This document shows positions 26,205 through 38,107 of a stretch of 64,000 nt of DNA, piece by piece. This stretch comes from Octopus sinensis (Eukaryota), in contig NC_043002.1 in NCBI RefSeq assembly GCF_006345805.1, positions 93,930,001 to 93,994,000 on the forward strand. Direction: 5' to 3'. The position numbers and the translations under genes were made by a program. Numbering within the stretch: the stretch's first letter is position 1; every line of letters starts with the position of its first letter. A model generated the notes under the pieces. The model was given only the letters and a program-made list of their open reading frames with translations, was not told the origin of the DNA and searched no databases.

Positions 26205-26485
26205 TATATACTTATGTACATATATATATTTATATATATATATATATACATATATACATATATATATACATATATACATATATATATACATATATAAATA
26301 TATATATATATATACATACATACATATATATATATATGTAAATACATATGTATATACATATATATATATATATGTGTGTATGTGTATATACACATATATA
26401 TATATATATACATATATACATATATATATATGCATGTATATATATATGAATATATATTTATATATATATATGTATATATATATAT

Positions 26486-27007
26486 CTGTGCCGGTTGAAT
26501 GTAAAGAGCACCATCCGAATGTGGCCGATGCCAGCGCCGCCTTGGCTGGCTTCCGTGCCAGTGGCATGTTAAAAGCACCAACCAATTGTGGCCGCTGCCA
26601 AACTCCCCTGGCACCTGTGCCGGTGGCACATAAAAAGCACCCACTACACTCAGATCAGACTGGAGCCTGGTGCAGCCTCCTGGCTTCCCAGACCCCGGTC
26701 GAACCGTCCAACCAGTGGACGTTAAACGATGATGATGATGATATATATATATATACGTTGGACGGTTCGACCGGGGTCTGGGAAGCCAGGGGCTGCACCA
26801 GGTTCCAGTCTGATCTGGCAGTGTTTCTACAGCTGGATGCCCTTCCTAACGCCAACCACTCTGCGAGTGTAGTGGGAGTCTGGCATCGGTTGGTGCTTTT
26901 TATGTGCCACCGGCACAGAAGCTAGTCGAGGCGGCGCTGGCATCAGCCACGTTCGGATGGTGCTTTTTATGTGCCACCGGCACAGAAGCCAGTCGAGGCT
27001 GGCAACG
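26486..27007. mobile_element. Two RTE 3'-end fragments arranged tail-to-tail
   Basis: Plus copy ~26486-26741 ending in (GAT)n; minus copy ~26757-27007; short (TA)n between. Confidence 0.8.
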
Positions 27008-27018
27008 ATATATATATA

Positions 27019-27056
<38 letters not shown>

Positions 27057-27059
27057 ATT

Positions 27060-27445
27060 GATCGTTAGCCACTACACACATTTTTTTCTCTCCTTGTTTT
27101 TTCTGTATCCCTTTCTGTAGAAGAGCGTTGGCTCGAAACGTAAAAGGCTTTTTCTATTCCTGAGCGTTATACTAATACATCTGTTTGTTTGGTACACCAC
27201 CTGTCTTCGTCTCTTGTTTTCGTAAACTCTCCCTTTATATATATATATGTTAAATCGTTAGCTCCTGCATGCATTTTTTTTTCTCTCCTTGTTTCTTTTC
27301 TGTGTATCTTTCTGTCGAAGAGCGTAGGCTCGCAACGTAAAAAACTTGTTTTATTTCTATTCCTGAGCGCCATACTAATACAATTGTTTGTTTGTACTCC
27401 ACCTGCCTTTGTCTTTTGTTTATTTTCATAAACCTTCCCGTTTTA
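27060..27445 (+). mobile_element. Tandem pair of ~190-bp elements with minimal hammerhead motifs (Penelope pLTR or retrozyme-like)
   Basis: Two related units flanked by (TA)n; motifs cttt-CTGTAGA-A-GAGC-gttg-GCTC-GAAAC-GTA-aaag (27111-27146) and ttt-CTGTCGA-A-GAGC-gtag-GCTC-GCAAC-GTA-aaa. Confidence 0.7.
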
Positions 27446-28380
27446 TATATATATATATATATATAGACACATATATATATATACATATACACATGTACAT
27501 GCATACATATATACTTATATCATCATCATCATCGCCATTTAATGTTCGCTTTGTATGCTGGCTTGCGTAGGACAGTTTGACTGGGAACTGACAACCTGCA
27601 GGGTTGCAAGAAGCTGCAGTGTCATCTTTGCCATGGTTTCTATGGATGGGTGACCCTTCTAACACAACCACTTTACAGAGTGTACTGGCTGCTTTTTTTG
27701 CTTTTTTTCATGGCACCAGCTCTAGTGAAAGAAAAGAACAGTGAAAGAGGAGAAGCAAAGGGAAAAAAAGCTCTTACTACTAAAAAGTATTAGGGAGGAG
27801 AAGTGGAGATGAGTGGATCTATACCAGGTGTCAAAAGGCTAAAATATGATAGACGTACAAGGACAGGTACTATAAAGATGATATATGGCTGAAGGAGATA
27901 TGATGATAAGTGCAAGCATACCATTATCCATCTGAGAATTCTCACTCACAGCATCTCGATTTTCTCTGATACATTATGCAGCAATCTGGAGCACCTCTCA
28001 TCTAATTCTCACATTGCAAGACGTTGACAAACCTTTTCCTATTCTGCTTCTACTTTTGCTACACAGAACTGTTACCTAGCTTCCCTTTTAGCTACATGAT
28101 ACTGTTCTATGCTACCTCCATGTTTCCACACTTTCTGAACCTTTTTTCTCTCTTTAATGGTCCTGTCAATCTCTCTGTTCCACCACCATGTCACCCATGG
28201 TCAGGCAGAAGCTTTGCTCCAGCCACAAGTTTGGTCAATTGCCCTTAGTAGGTTACCTCCTAAGAACTCCTCTTCCTCCTTCACATCAAATATATATGTT
28301 TGTGTGTGCATAATCACATGTCAACTGTTGGCAATTTTCTTCCTCCATCTTCCTTTTCTCTTGGACTTTCCTCTGTCTCC

Positions 28381-28417
28381 TGTTTCTGAAGAAGAGCTTT
28401 GCTTGAAACATAAAACA
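28381..28417 (+). ncRNA. Minimal type I hammerhead ribozyme motif (degenerate)
   Basis: tgttt-CTGAAGA-A-GAGC-ttt-GCTT-GAAAC-ATA-aaaca; stem I TGTTT/AAACA; lies in a relative of the 27-kb unit. Confidence 0.55.
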
Positions 28418-28544
28418 CCCTTTCTTCCCTTCTCTGAGCATCTTATTAATACTTTGCATGTACCACCTCCTCGCATTGTTGGTTTTTCTGGGGTTTTTTT
28501 AATTAACTATATATGAATGTGTGTGTATATATATATATATATAT

Positions 28545-31500
28545 ATCAAACTAAAGTTATTGAACAAACAAATGCAAGGTCATCCGCATAGCATTTCATA
28601 ATTCGAACATTTAATCATAGAATATACATACTGGAACATAATTCATCTGTACAAGCATACAAGCATATAATAATAATAAGGTGCGACAAAAAATTTTTTC
28701 CATCACAGTTTAGAGTTAATACTTTAGCGATTCAGAAAAATACATTTTTTTAAAAAAAACATTACAACACCTAGAAAGTAAAAATATAATATAAAGTACT
28801 ATATAAAAATATATAGGTATATAAAAATATATAAAATATATATATATATATATATAGGAGCATATCTCTCACATACATACGTCACACATGCTTTTCTCGC
28901 TTGTTTTTTCCATGCTAAATATGCCTTTTGTGGACACACCTCATTTCTGTAGACCCTAAGGGGTCACGTATACATAGAGAGGGTTGTTTGTTCATTATAA
29001 CGCGCCAGCATGTCATACTTTTGTTCCTGTACGAACGAGGCATATAATCGCTCAACCACTGGCATATTCTTGCTGTTTTTCGGTCTGGCAAGCCCTATTG
29101 CATTTCATGCGCCTTTTGCTCCGCACGTGTACTTGCCTTGTTCTTTGCAACACGTTTGCAGTAGCTTAGTTTTTTCCCGACTCATAGGACGTCGGATGTT
29201 CACATGCGCTGCGCCATGTTTAGGCGTAATTATTTTTCCCTGTTAGACCACTGTTTGGTCACGTAATTAACAGAAAATTATCTGTGTCGCGCATCACACC
29301 AGCATGTTTGCACTTTTGCCTTTTTGTGTTACTAGCGAGCTTCTGTCAATTCCATTTCCTCTCCTGCAGCAATTGATTTAACTGCTATTTTGCAGGATCA
29401 ACCACCTTTAGAGAAGTTGGATTTTAATTTCGCCTAGGTTCATTGACTGTGAGTTTTGCTTTCCCTCCGCTCCTTTCAGCGGAAGGGTTTATACTTTGTG
29501 ACGTATACACTTTCATGCATGCACTCTTGATTTTTGCTCATTGAGTATTTTTTCTCTTTTTCCTTTAGTAAATTTCTTGTGTATGTTATAAATTTTGCCA
29601 TTTTATTATATTGTGTGCTATTTGGTTGTCTGGTGTCCACCTTGAGTTTTGCAGTCACTACAATAAGTTTCCTTCGTGCGTACGCACTGGAGGGGAGCCT
29701 TGTAGTGATCCTATAACGGTGCGCGCGCGCGCACCGTCCATTTTCTATTTCGCGCGTGCGAGTGTTGGTGCCTTCACCAAGGCACAGAAAGGAAGGGCCC
29801 TCTCGCGCATGCGCGAACCACCGGAAGCACGACCCTATTGCCTACGTAGCAGTTAGCGAGGCAAGGGGGTCGTAGAACGTTTGACCACTAGCAGCAGTCA
29901 GCGGCGACTTGGGACAGCAGCGACCGAAGGCGACGGACGTATATTTTCTCGCTGTCCAGCTCTGATAGCAGTCGGCCGAAGGTTTTCACCAAATTGTTGC
30001 CGACCACATTCATCTTCCCTGTTCCGGACGCCATCTTTAACCCGTTCTGTTTTTAGCGGCTGAACATTGTAAATATTACAATCCATTAACTTTCAGCCTT
30101 GCGCGCCCAGAACCAAGGATATCAGATAACCACTTATTGTTACTGTTACCACATTAGAGAATAAAGTAGTATATATATTATTTACGTCTGCGTCTTGTTG
30201 TTTCTGACTGGTAGAGAATCTGGATTATTAAAGCAACGGCTAGTGATTGCTTTCTTGTACCCCGAAAGTACAAGAGAAGATATATTCACTAAGTTCGTTA
30301 CACGCCTTATAGTTAAAAAGGAAACAATATTTACTTATCCCTATGGCCATTTCAGGGGTGTATTATTATGTTTAAAGCACTAGGGTGCATCAAGATAATA
30401 CCTCCTTCGTCAGGGGAAAAAAATACATAAAGACAGACATCATCGCATACCAGGCTAGTACAATGCTGTGTGCTTTCCATTGAAGCATCCATGCTTGGAT
30501 AAGCCCAAAAAGAAAGAATTAAAGCAGTAAAAAATTTTTTTTTTTTTTAAAGCAGTAGAGAAATAAGGCGGTAAAATATATATATATTATATATCAAACT
30601 AAAGTTATTGAACAAACAAATGCAAGGTCATCCGCATAGCATTTCATAATTCGAACATTTAATCATAGAATATACATACTGGAACATAATTCATCTGTAC
30701 AAGCATACAAGCATATAATAATAATAAGGTGCGACAAAAAATTTTTTCCATCACAGTTTAGAGTTAATACTTTAGCGATTCAGAAAAATACATTTTTTTA
30801 AAAAAAACATTACAACACCTAGAAAGTAAAAATATAATATAAAGTACTATATAAAAATATATAGGTATATAAAAATATATAAAATATATATATATATATA
30901 TATATAGGAGCATATCTCTCACATACATACGTCACACATGCTTTTCTCGCTTGTTTTTTCCATGCTAAATATGCCTTTTGTGGACACACCTCATTTCTGT
31001 AGACCCTAAGGGGTCACGTATACATAGAGAGGGTTGTTTGTTCATTATAACGCGCCAGCATGTCATACTTTTGTTCCTGTACGAACGAGGCATATAATCG
31101 CTCAACCACTGGCATATTCTTGCTGTTTTTCGGTCTGGCAAGCCCTATTGCATTTCATGCGCCTTTTGCTCCGCACGTGTACTTGCCTTGTTCTTTGCAA
31201 CACGTTTGCAGTAGCTTAGTTTTTTCCCGACTCATAGGACGTCGGATGTTCACATGCGCTGCGCCATGTTTAGGCGTAATTATTTTTCCCTGTTAGACCA
31301 CTGTTTGGTCACGTAATTAACAGAAAATTATCTGTGTCGCGCATCACACCAGCATGTTTGCACTTTTGCCTTTTTGTGTTACTAGCGAGCTTCTGTCAAT
31401 TCCATTTCCTCTCCTGCAGCAATTGATTTAACTGCTATTTTGCAGGATCAACCACCTTTAGAGAAGTTGGATTTTAATTTCGCCTAGGTTCATTGACTGT

Positions 31501-32625
31501 GAGTTTTGCTTTCCCTCCGCTCCTTTCAGCGGAAGGGTTTATACTTTGTGACGTATACACTTTCATGCATGCACTCTTGATTTTTGCTCATTGAGTATTT
31601 TTTCTCTTTTTCCTTTAGTAAATTTCTTGTGTATGTTATAAATTTTGCCATTTTATTATATTGTGTGCTATTTGGTTGTCTGGTGTCCACCTTGAGTTTT
31701 GCAGTCACTACAATAAGTTTCCTTCGTGCGTACGCACTGGAGGGGAGCCTTGTAGTGATCCTATAACGGTGCGCGCGCGCGCACCGTCCATTTTCTATTT
31801 CGCGCGTGCGAGTGTTGGTGCCTTCACCAAGGCACAGAAAGGAAGGGCCCTCTCGCGCATGCGCGAACCACCGGAAGCACGACCCTATTGCCTACGTAGC
31901 AGTTAGCGAGGCAAGGGGGTCGTAGAACGTTTGACCACTAGCAGCAGTCAGCGGCGACTTGGGACAGCAGCGACCGAAGGCGACGGACGTATATTTTCTC
32001 GCTGTCCAGCTCTGATAGCAGTCGGCCGAAGGTTTTCACCAAATTGTTGCCGACCACATTCATCTTCCCTGTTCCGGACGCCATCTTTAACCCGTTCTGT
32101 TTTTAGCGGCTGAACATTGTAAATATTACAATCCATTAACTTTCAGCCTTGCGCGCCCAGAACCAAGGATATCAGATAACCACTTATTGTTACTGTTACC
32201 ACATTAGAGAATAAGTAGTATATATATTATTTACGTCTGCGTCTTGTTGTTTCTGACTGGTAGAGAATCTGGATTATTAAAGCAACGGCTAGTGATTGCT
32301 TTCTTGTACCCCGAAAGTACAAGAGAAGATATATTCACTAAGTTCGTTACACGCCTTATAGTTAAAAAGGAAACAATATTTACTTATCCCTATGGCCATT
32401 TCAGGGGTGTATTATTATGTTTAAAGCACTAGGGTGCATCAAGATAATACCTCCTTCGTCAGGGGAAAAAAATACATAAAGACAGACATCATCGCATACC
32501 AGGCTAGTACAATGCTGTGTGCTTTCCCATTGAAGCATCCATGCTTGGATAAGCCCAAAAAGAAAGAATTAAAGCAGTAAAAAATTTTTTTTTTTTTTTA
32601 AAGCAGTAGAGAAATAAGGCGGTAA

Positions 32626-32627
<2 letters not shown>
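28545..32627 (+). repeat. Direct tandem duplication of a ~2.05-kb unit (28545-30576 and 30593-32627)
   Basis: Identical ORF sets offset by 2050; the only differences noticed are homopolymer or TA-length indels; units separated by (TA)n. Confidence 0.95.
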
Positions 32628-32657
<30 letters not shown>

Positions 32658-32886
32658 TTTTTAAAAATGGGTGTATTAAATTAAATTGAATTAAATTGAG
32701 CCTTCGTGGTTTCAAATCCTGTAAAAGCCTAAACCATTTATTTTCTACAACTTATTTTTATTACTATAGATTAAAAAAGAATGGGTGTATTAAATTAAAT
32801 TAAGTTCAATTACATTAAATTGAACTAAATTGAATTAAATTGAGCCTCCGTGGTTTCAATCCTGTAAAAGCTAAATCAATTATTTT

Positions 32887-33938
32887 CTACAACTTATTTT
32901 TCCTATAGACTTTTAAGAATGTAGAAGAAAATTTATGTATGCAAAAGGGAATCACATCCGTAAATTTATTCAGAATGTGCGGTCCATAACACCTAAGGAT
33001 GGTAAGTGATTCCCTTATGCATAGCCTACACTTGTTGATATTTCTCCTGAAATTTGGGGTTTTAGAAATAATGGACCATTCTAGATGATAATTCTTATTA
33101 TTTTTCTTCAGGTTGTGTATATGGGATGCAAGTGTAGTTGAGTTACAGTATTTGCCGTTAGCAAGAGAGCTCATGTGTGATCTATATCTCGCCTTAAAGT
33201 CTATCGTGCTACCTATATAAAATTTATTAGCTTATCTTCGTCCTTGACTACACATTTATATATTACGTTGGTAACTAGACAGGAACCATCCAAAGGACAT
33301 AATTCGGGTTTTCTACAGTTACATGTCTTTCCGGGGCCTTTCCTAGTTTTATTCCTATTGTTTCCTTTACTTATTGTATCTCCAATTCCAGAAGGGTTTC
33401 CCTCTTTCATTCCATCAAATCTTCCCTTATTACATGGGTTCGATATACCCGGTAAAGGTAGACTGCTTGTAGCATTGGCATTAGGCGTTACAAGATTATC
33501 ATACGCAGTTCCTTGGTCATCCTCAAAGGAACTTTTTCCGCTATTCCACCCAGCAAGCTTGCTTCTATTGATTGAAGCAATGATGGAAGCAAAGATAGGC
33601 ATTACAGAGTAAGAGAATTTTATCGTTGACTTGTTGCAGATGCTATAGTATTTATGATTCTTTGGGAAGTTCTACTTCAGAATTCTAAAGAACATTTTCG
33701 GTAAATTCCTTACTCTAAGGGAGAAAGGGGGAGCAAACCAAACAACTTCCCTTATCCTAGACCGTGAACCTCCCGTTTTGTTTAACTCCTTATCAAAATT
33801 ATTAATTTTCTTATACCTGTACCTATTGCGAGTATCCCTAAACATATTACTATTCAAAGGCCTCTTATTATTGCAGTTGGAGGGTTCTCTGTATTTATCT
33901 GTAGTATTTGTAATGTGCTTAATTGGCAAACCAGCCAT
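32887..33938 (-). pseudogene. Penelope-like GIY-YIG endonuclease ORF without RT (one in-frame stop, one frameshift)
   Basis: Joined frames: MAGLP..VVWFAPPFS..ILK*NFPKNHKYYSICNKSTIKFSYSVMP..CNCRKPELCPLDGSCLVTNVIYKC..(frameshift ~33228)..FYIGSTIDFKARYRSH..LASHIHNLK..WSII..CRLCIRESLTI..ILNK..CIH; VIY/YIG dyad and conserved R, E, N present; ~350 codons. Confidence 0.85.
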
Positions 33939-33942
33939 CTTG

Positions 33943-34172
33943 TTTTTAAAAAAATGTATTTTTCTGAATCGCTAAAGTATTAACTCTAAACTGTGATGAA
34001 AAAAATTTTTTTCTCGCACCTTATTATTATATGCTTGTATGCTTGTACAGATGAATTATGTTCCATCTTGCGGGATGTTTATATGTATATTCTATGATTA
34101 AATGTTCGAATTATGAAATGCTATGCGGATGACCTTGCATTTCAATAACCTGTTCAATAACTTTAATTTGAT
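33943..34172 (-). repeat. ~220-bp leader, inverted copy of 28545-28757 and 30593-30805
   Basis: Reverse complement reads atcaaattaaagttattgaaca..gcgattcagaaaaatacatttttttaaaaa and ends a few nt before the GIY-YIG ATG. Confidence 0.92.
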
Positions 34173-35934
34173 ATTTTTGTCTCTTTCAATAGAGCACTTC
34201 TATAGCAGTCCTATTAATCTTTTTGTTCCTGACAAGAAACAATCACTGTATTACTGATATTGATATATATATATATATATATATATACGTACACTTTGTT
34301 CTCTTATATATATATCTTATATAAAATCCGTTCTGTCTGTCTGTCTGTGTATCTTCTAGGATCTTGGGTATCCTCCATCCGATTGTGCTCAAATTTGATA
34401 TGTAGATACCAATGGTATCAGGGCGTGTATAAGTCTTGAAAAAATTACAAAAATCGATTCCAGGTGAGAATGCAATAAAAAAAGCCGTTTTTGTCCTGCT
34501 TTTCTTCCGTCAACCTTTACATAACTGCACCTTTAATTTTTTGTTGTTTTTGTACTGCTTAAAGGCACATTTCTTTCCTGCCAAGCTTACTGTTTAAACC
34601 ATGTTTGTGTACTTCCAGTCAACAGCCTTATCATTACTGGTACTTTAAACTCTTTGGTTGCATATTTGTTTGAATAAAATTGTTTTCCTTTGGAATAAAA
34701 AAAAAGTCTATCTTTATTTCTTCTTTTGCTGGTGTCTCAAATTTAGGTTAAATCAGTGTTTCTCAAAGGGGAGGCCTATGGGACGGTCAGACAAATTGTT
34801 TTGAGAAAATTTGGTTTAAATGTTTGACAACACAGCACCGTCCATTGGAGTGGGTGCGTTTAGCTCGTATATATATTCCCTTCTTTGGATCTTTCCTTTT
34901 CCTATGTTTCTGACGTAGAGCTCCACCAGAAACGTTAAACCCTCCTTATTTCCTGAGCGTCCAATAATACTATACTTGTTCCACGTCCTCGCGTTGTTGT
35001 GTTTTCATGTTTGGATTAACTATATATATATATATATATGTATGTACACTTTGTTCTCTTATATATGTATATATATACACATATATATCCTCCTCATCAT
35101 CATCATCACCATCATTTAGCATCTGCTTTCCATGCTGGCATGGGTTTGACTGGAAAAGCAGAAAGCATAAAAGAAACTGATTCCTCTATATATAGAAATC
35201 TAGTCACTGAAAAATATTCACAATGTTTTTGACTTAGGCCCATGGCAACATATTTGGTAAAAGGTGATAGTCGTTTATATTGATCCTCCACAAGACTGCT
35301 AGCTATTTCATGAAGCCCCTGGAGAAGTGCAAAATTGACCTTGGTGCAATCTGAATTCTGTGTTTAAAATTATGCAACTAAATACCATAAGGATATTTTG
35401 TTTATACCAGTTCTGCAATTCCTCTACTCTCGCATTCCCCAAGTAATAAGCATCGCAGCCCAAGAGTCTAGTGAATTTCAAAGGAGCCTTTACCTGGTCA
35501 CTTTATCTGTAAAACATAGCAGCCAAATGTTCCTTAAATCACACTTTATTATCTTAAAACAATACGATACGGGATAATGTAATATTAAACGTATGCGTCC
35601 ATTAAAAAACAAATAGATATGTAGATAAACAAAAAGGGGATCAATACTGGAATAATTTCGATAATATTTTTGCTCAATCAAGGTTGACGTAGGGCTAAAC
35701 AGTCATATCAACAGCAACAAAAGACAACATTTGAGCTCCGCGAGCTGCAACCAGGGGAAACAACTTAGATTCGGATTATCTCCCTTTGTTCGGAAAACCT
35801 CACTTTTTATATGAACCGAAAATCACAAAAGATGATTGGTTAAAAGTTAAATATAAATGTTATGGTGATGGCTAATTACTATAATTTACAGAAGGAAAAT
35901 TGTTTACTTGTTACAAATTTAGATAACAAATATT

Positions 35935-36347
35935 GGATCTTTTCGGTTTGAACGGCAGTTTTTTTAACATAATTTCTAGGTAACTAAAATATTTTAAACT
36001 TCATATACTGGTGGCATGTGTTTATAAAACATCTTATACTCTTGGGTTTATTAAGAAAATTCTATAGTTTGTAAGATATTTGTTGTTTTTTTTCTTCAAT
36101 TTCTGCAATTTCAACTAATCAATGACGTCCATTGAGGTAAACAACATTCTGTGCCGTATGAATACGTCCCTCGTTTAAGAAACAGATTGGGTTTATTTAC
36201 ATTTGGGAAGAAAAAAAGATACCATTCCCCCCACCCCTAACCCTAAAACAGATTGAAATGCAATAGATCGATACTAGGGTCATAATTATGGGTGACAATT
36301 TCATATGACACCGCTAGAAAAAACTGCCGTTCAAACCGAAAAGATCT
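35935..36347. mobile_element. MITE, same GGATC-TIR family
   Basis: Same TIRs and body as 12197-12604; TSD not preserved. Confidence 0.85.
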
Positions 36348-36761
36348 CACAGCTTATGGTAAATTATATTTTTAATAAAATTTCAAGACTGAAAATTTTC
36401 CTTCGTTGTTAACTTTAACAATATATAGTAAATAAATATTGGTTTATTTCGGTGGGGGGAGGGGGTAAATCGATTGCATCGACTCCAGTGTTCAACTGGT
36501 GCTTATTTTACCAAAATATCTCTGATAAACAGCAAAGTCGACTTTAGTAGAATTTGAACTCAAAGAGTAACTACGGACGAAATGCCGCTAAGCATTATGT
36601 CCTGTGCGCTAACGATTCTGCCAGCTCGTCGCCTTTGTATTAAATATTACAATAAATTTGTCACTATCACTATCATCATTTTTACATCCACTTTTCGTGC
36701 TTGTATGAGGCAAACGGAATTTGTTGAGGTAGATTTACTTTTGTCAGAAGCCTTTTCTTAT

Positions 36762-37355
36762 TTCTCTATTGCCCACAAGGGGTTAAACATAGAGGTGACA
36801 AACAAGGACAAACAAACGGATTAAGTCGATTATATCGACCCCAGTGCATAACTGGTACTTATTTAATCGACCCTGAAAGGATGAAAGGCAAAGTCAATCT
36901 TGGCGGAATTTGAACTCAGAACGTAGCGGCAGATGAAATACCTATTTCTTTACTACCCACAAGGGGCTAACCACAGAGAGGACAAACAAGGACAGACAAA
37001 CGAATTAAGTCAATTACATCGACCCCAGTGCGTAACTGGTACTTAATTTATCGACCCCGAAAGGATGAAAGGCAAAGTCAACCTCGGCAGAATTTTAAAC
37101 TTAGAACATAGCGGCAGACGAAATACCTATTTCTTTACTACCCACAAGGGGCTAAACACAGAGAGGGCAAACAAGGACAGACAAACGGATTAAGTCGATT
37201 ATATCGACCCCAGTGTGTAACTGGCACTTAATTTATCGACCCTGAAAGGATGAAAGGCAAAGTCAACCGCGGTGGAATTTGAACTCAGAACATAACGGCA
37301 GACGAAATACCGCTAAGCATTTCCCCCGGCGTGCTAACGTTTCTGCCAGCTCGCC
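36762..37355 (-). mobile_element. SINE family 3 with triplicated ~183-bp body
   Basis: Head ggcgagctggcagaaacgttagcacgccgg and Meta-domain-like gcctttcatcctttcggggtcgataaattaagtaccag; single copy at 39327-39555. Confidence 0.78.
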
Positions 37356-38107
37356 TCAGAAGCCTTTTCTGTCACTAACATCTTGCTCTGGAGTTTCAGT
37401 TTTGGCATGGTTCCTATGGTTGGGTGCCCTTCTTAAAGCCAATCACTTTACTGAGTATATTGAATATTTTTTTCATGGCACCGTCATTAGGGAGGTTGTC
37501 TTATAATTAGCAAAACTAAAGAGCCCTCTTGCCAAAGAAGGAGAATAGGAGATAAAGTGGTTACTTTATATAAGGTATTGAAAGAGAGGAGTAAGAACTG
37601 TTTGGCAGAACATGAAGACAGACAAAATTCTGCTAAGAATTTTGCCCAACGTGCTTATGGTTCTCTCAGACAATAATGATAATAATAAAGACCTAAAATT
37701 ATATATGTAAATTCTAGTTGAAAAATGAAAAAAATTATTGAAACTATTAATGGATGGTTCATCCACATAGAAAGATGTGTCATCTCACATTGTGTTATCA
37801 GATATGATCCTGGTAAAGTCTGTGTCCTTTGAAGACTATTGACTTTGGTCAGAAATAACAATTTCGAGGAATAGGTTCAACTAGAAATTGAACCTGTGTT
37901 TCAGGTTTGAAATACTGGAGTCATGCCACTATTCCACAGTACTAGCTTTAAACTTAACATGTGCATGAAACAAACTTTATAAACAAAGAAATAAAATTAA
38001 TTATATTGTAGTATTTATGTGTATGTAGACAATGCTTTAATTTAGTGGTTGTGTGTGTGTGTGTGGGGGGGGGGAATCTGTATAAATTATCAATGTTGAA
38101 GTATTAA

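Noticed and set aside
28870-29245. Selenocysteine read-through of two in-frame TGAs in a minus-strand frame of the cargo
   Set aside because: No homolog recognised to show Cys alignment, no SECIS identified, frame closed upstream by TAA; CpG decay or chance is simpler
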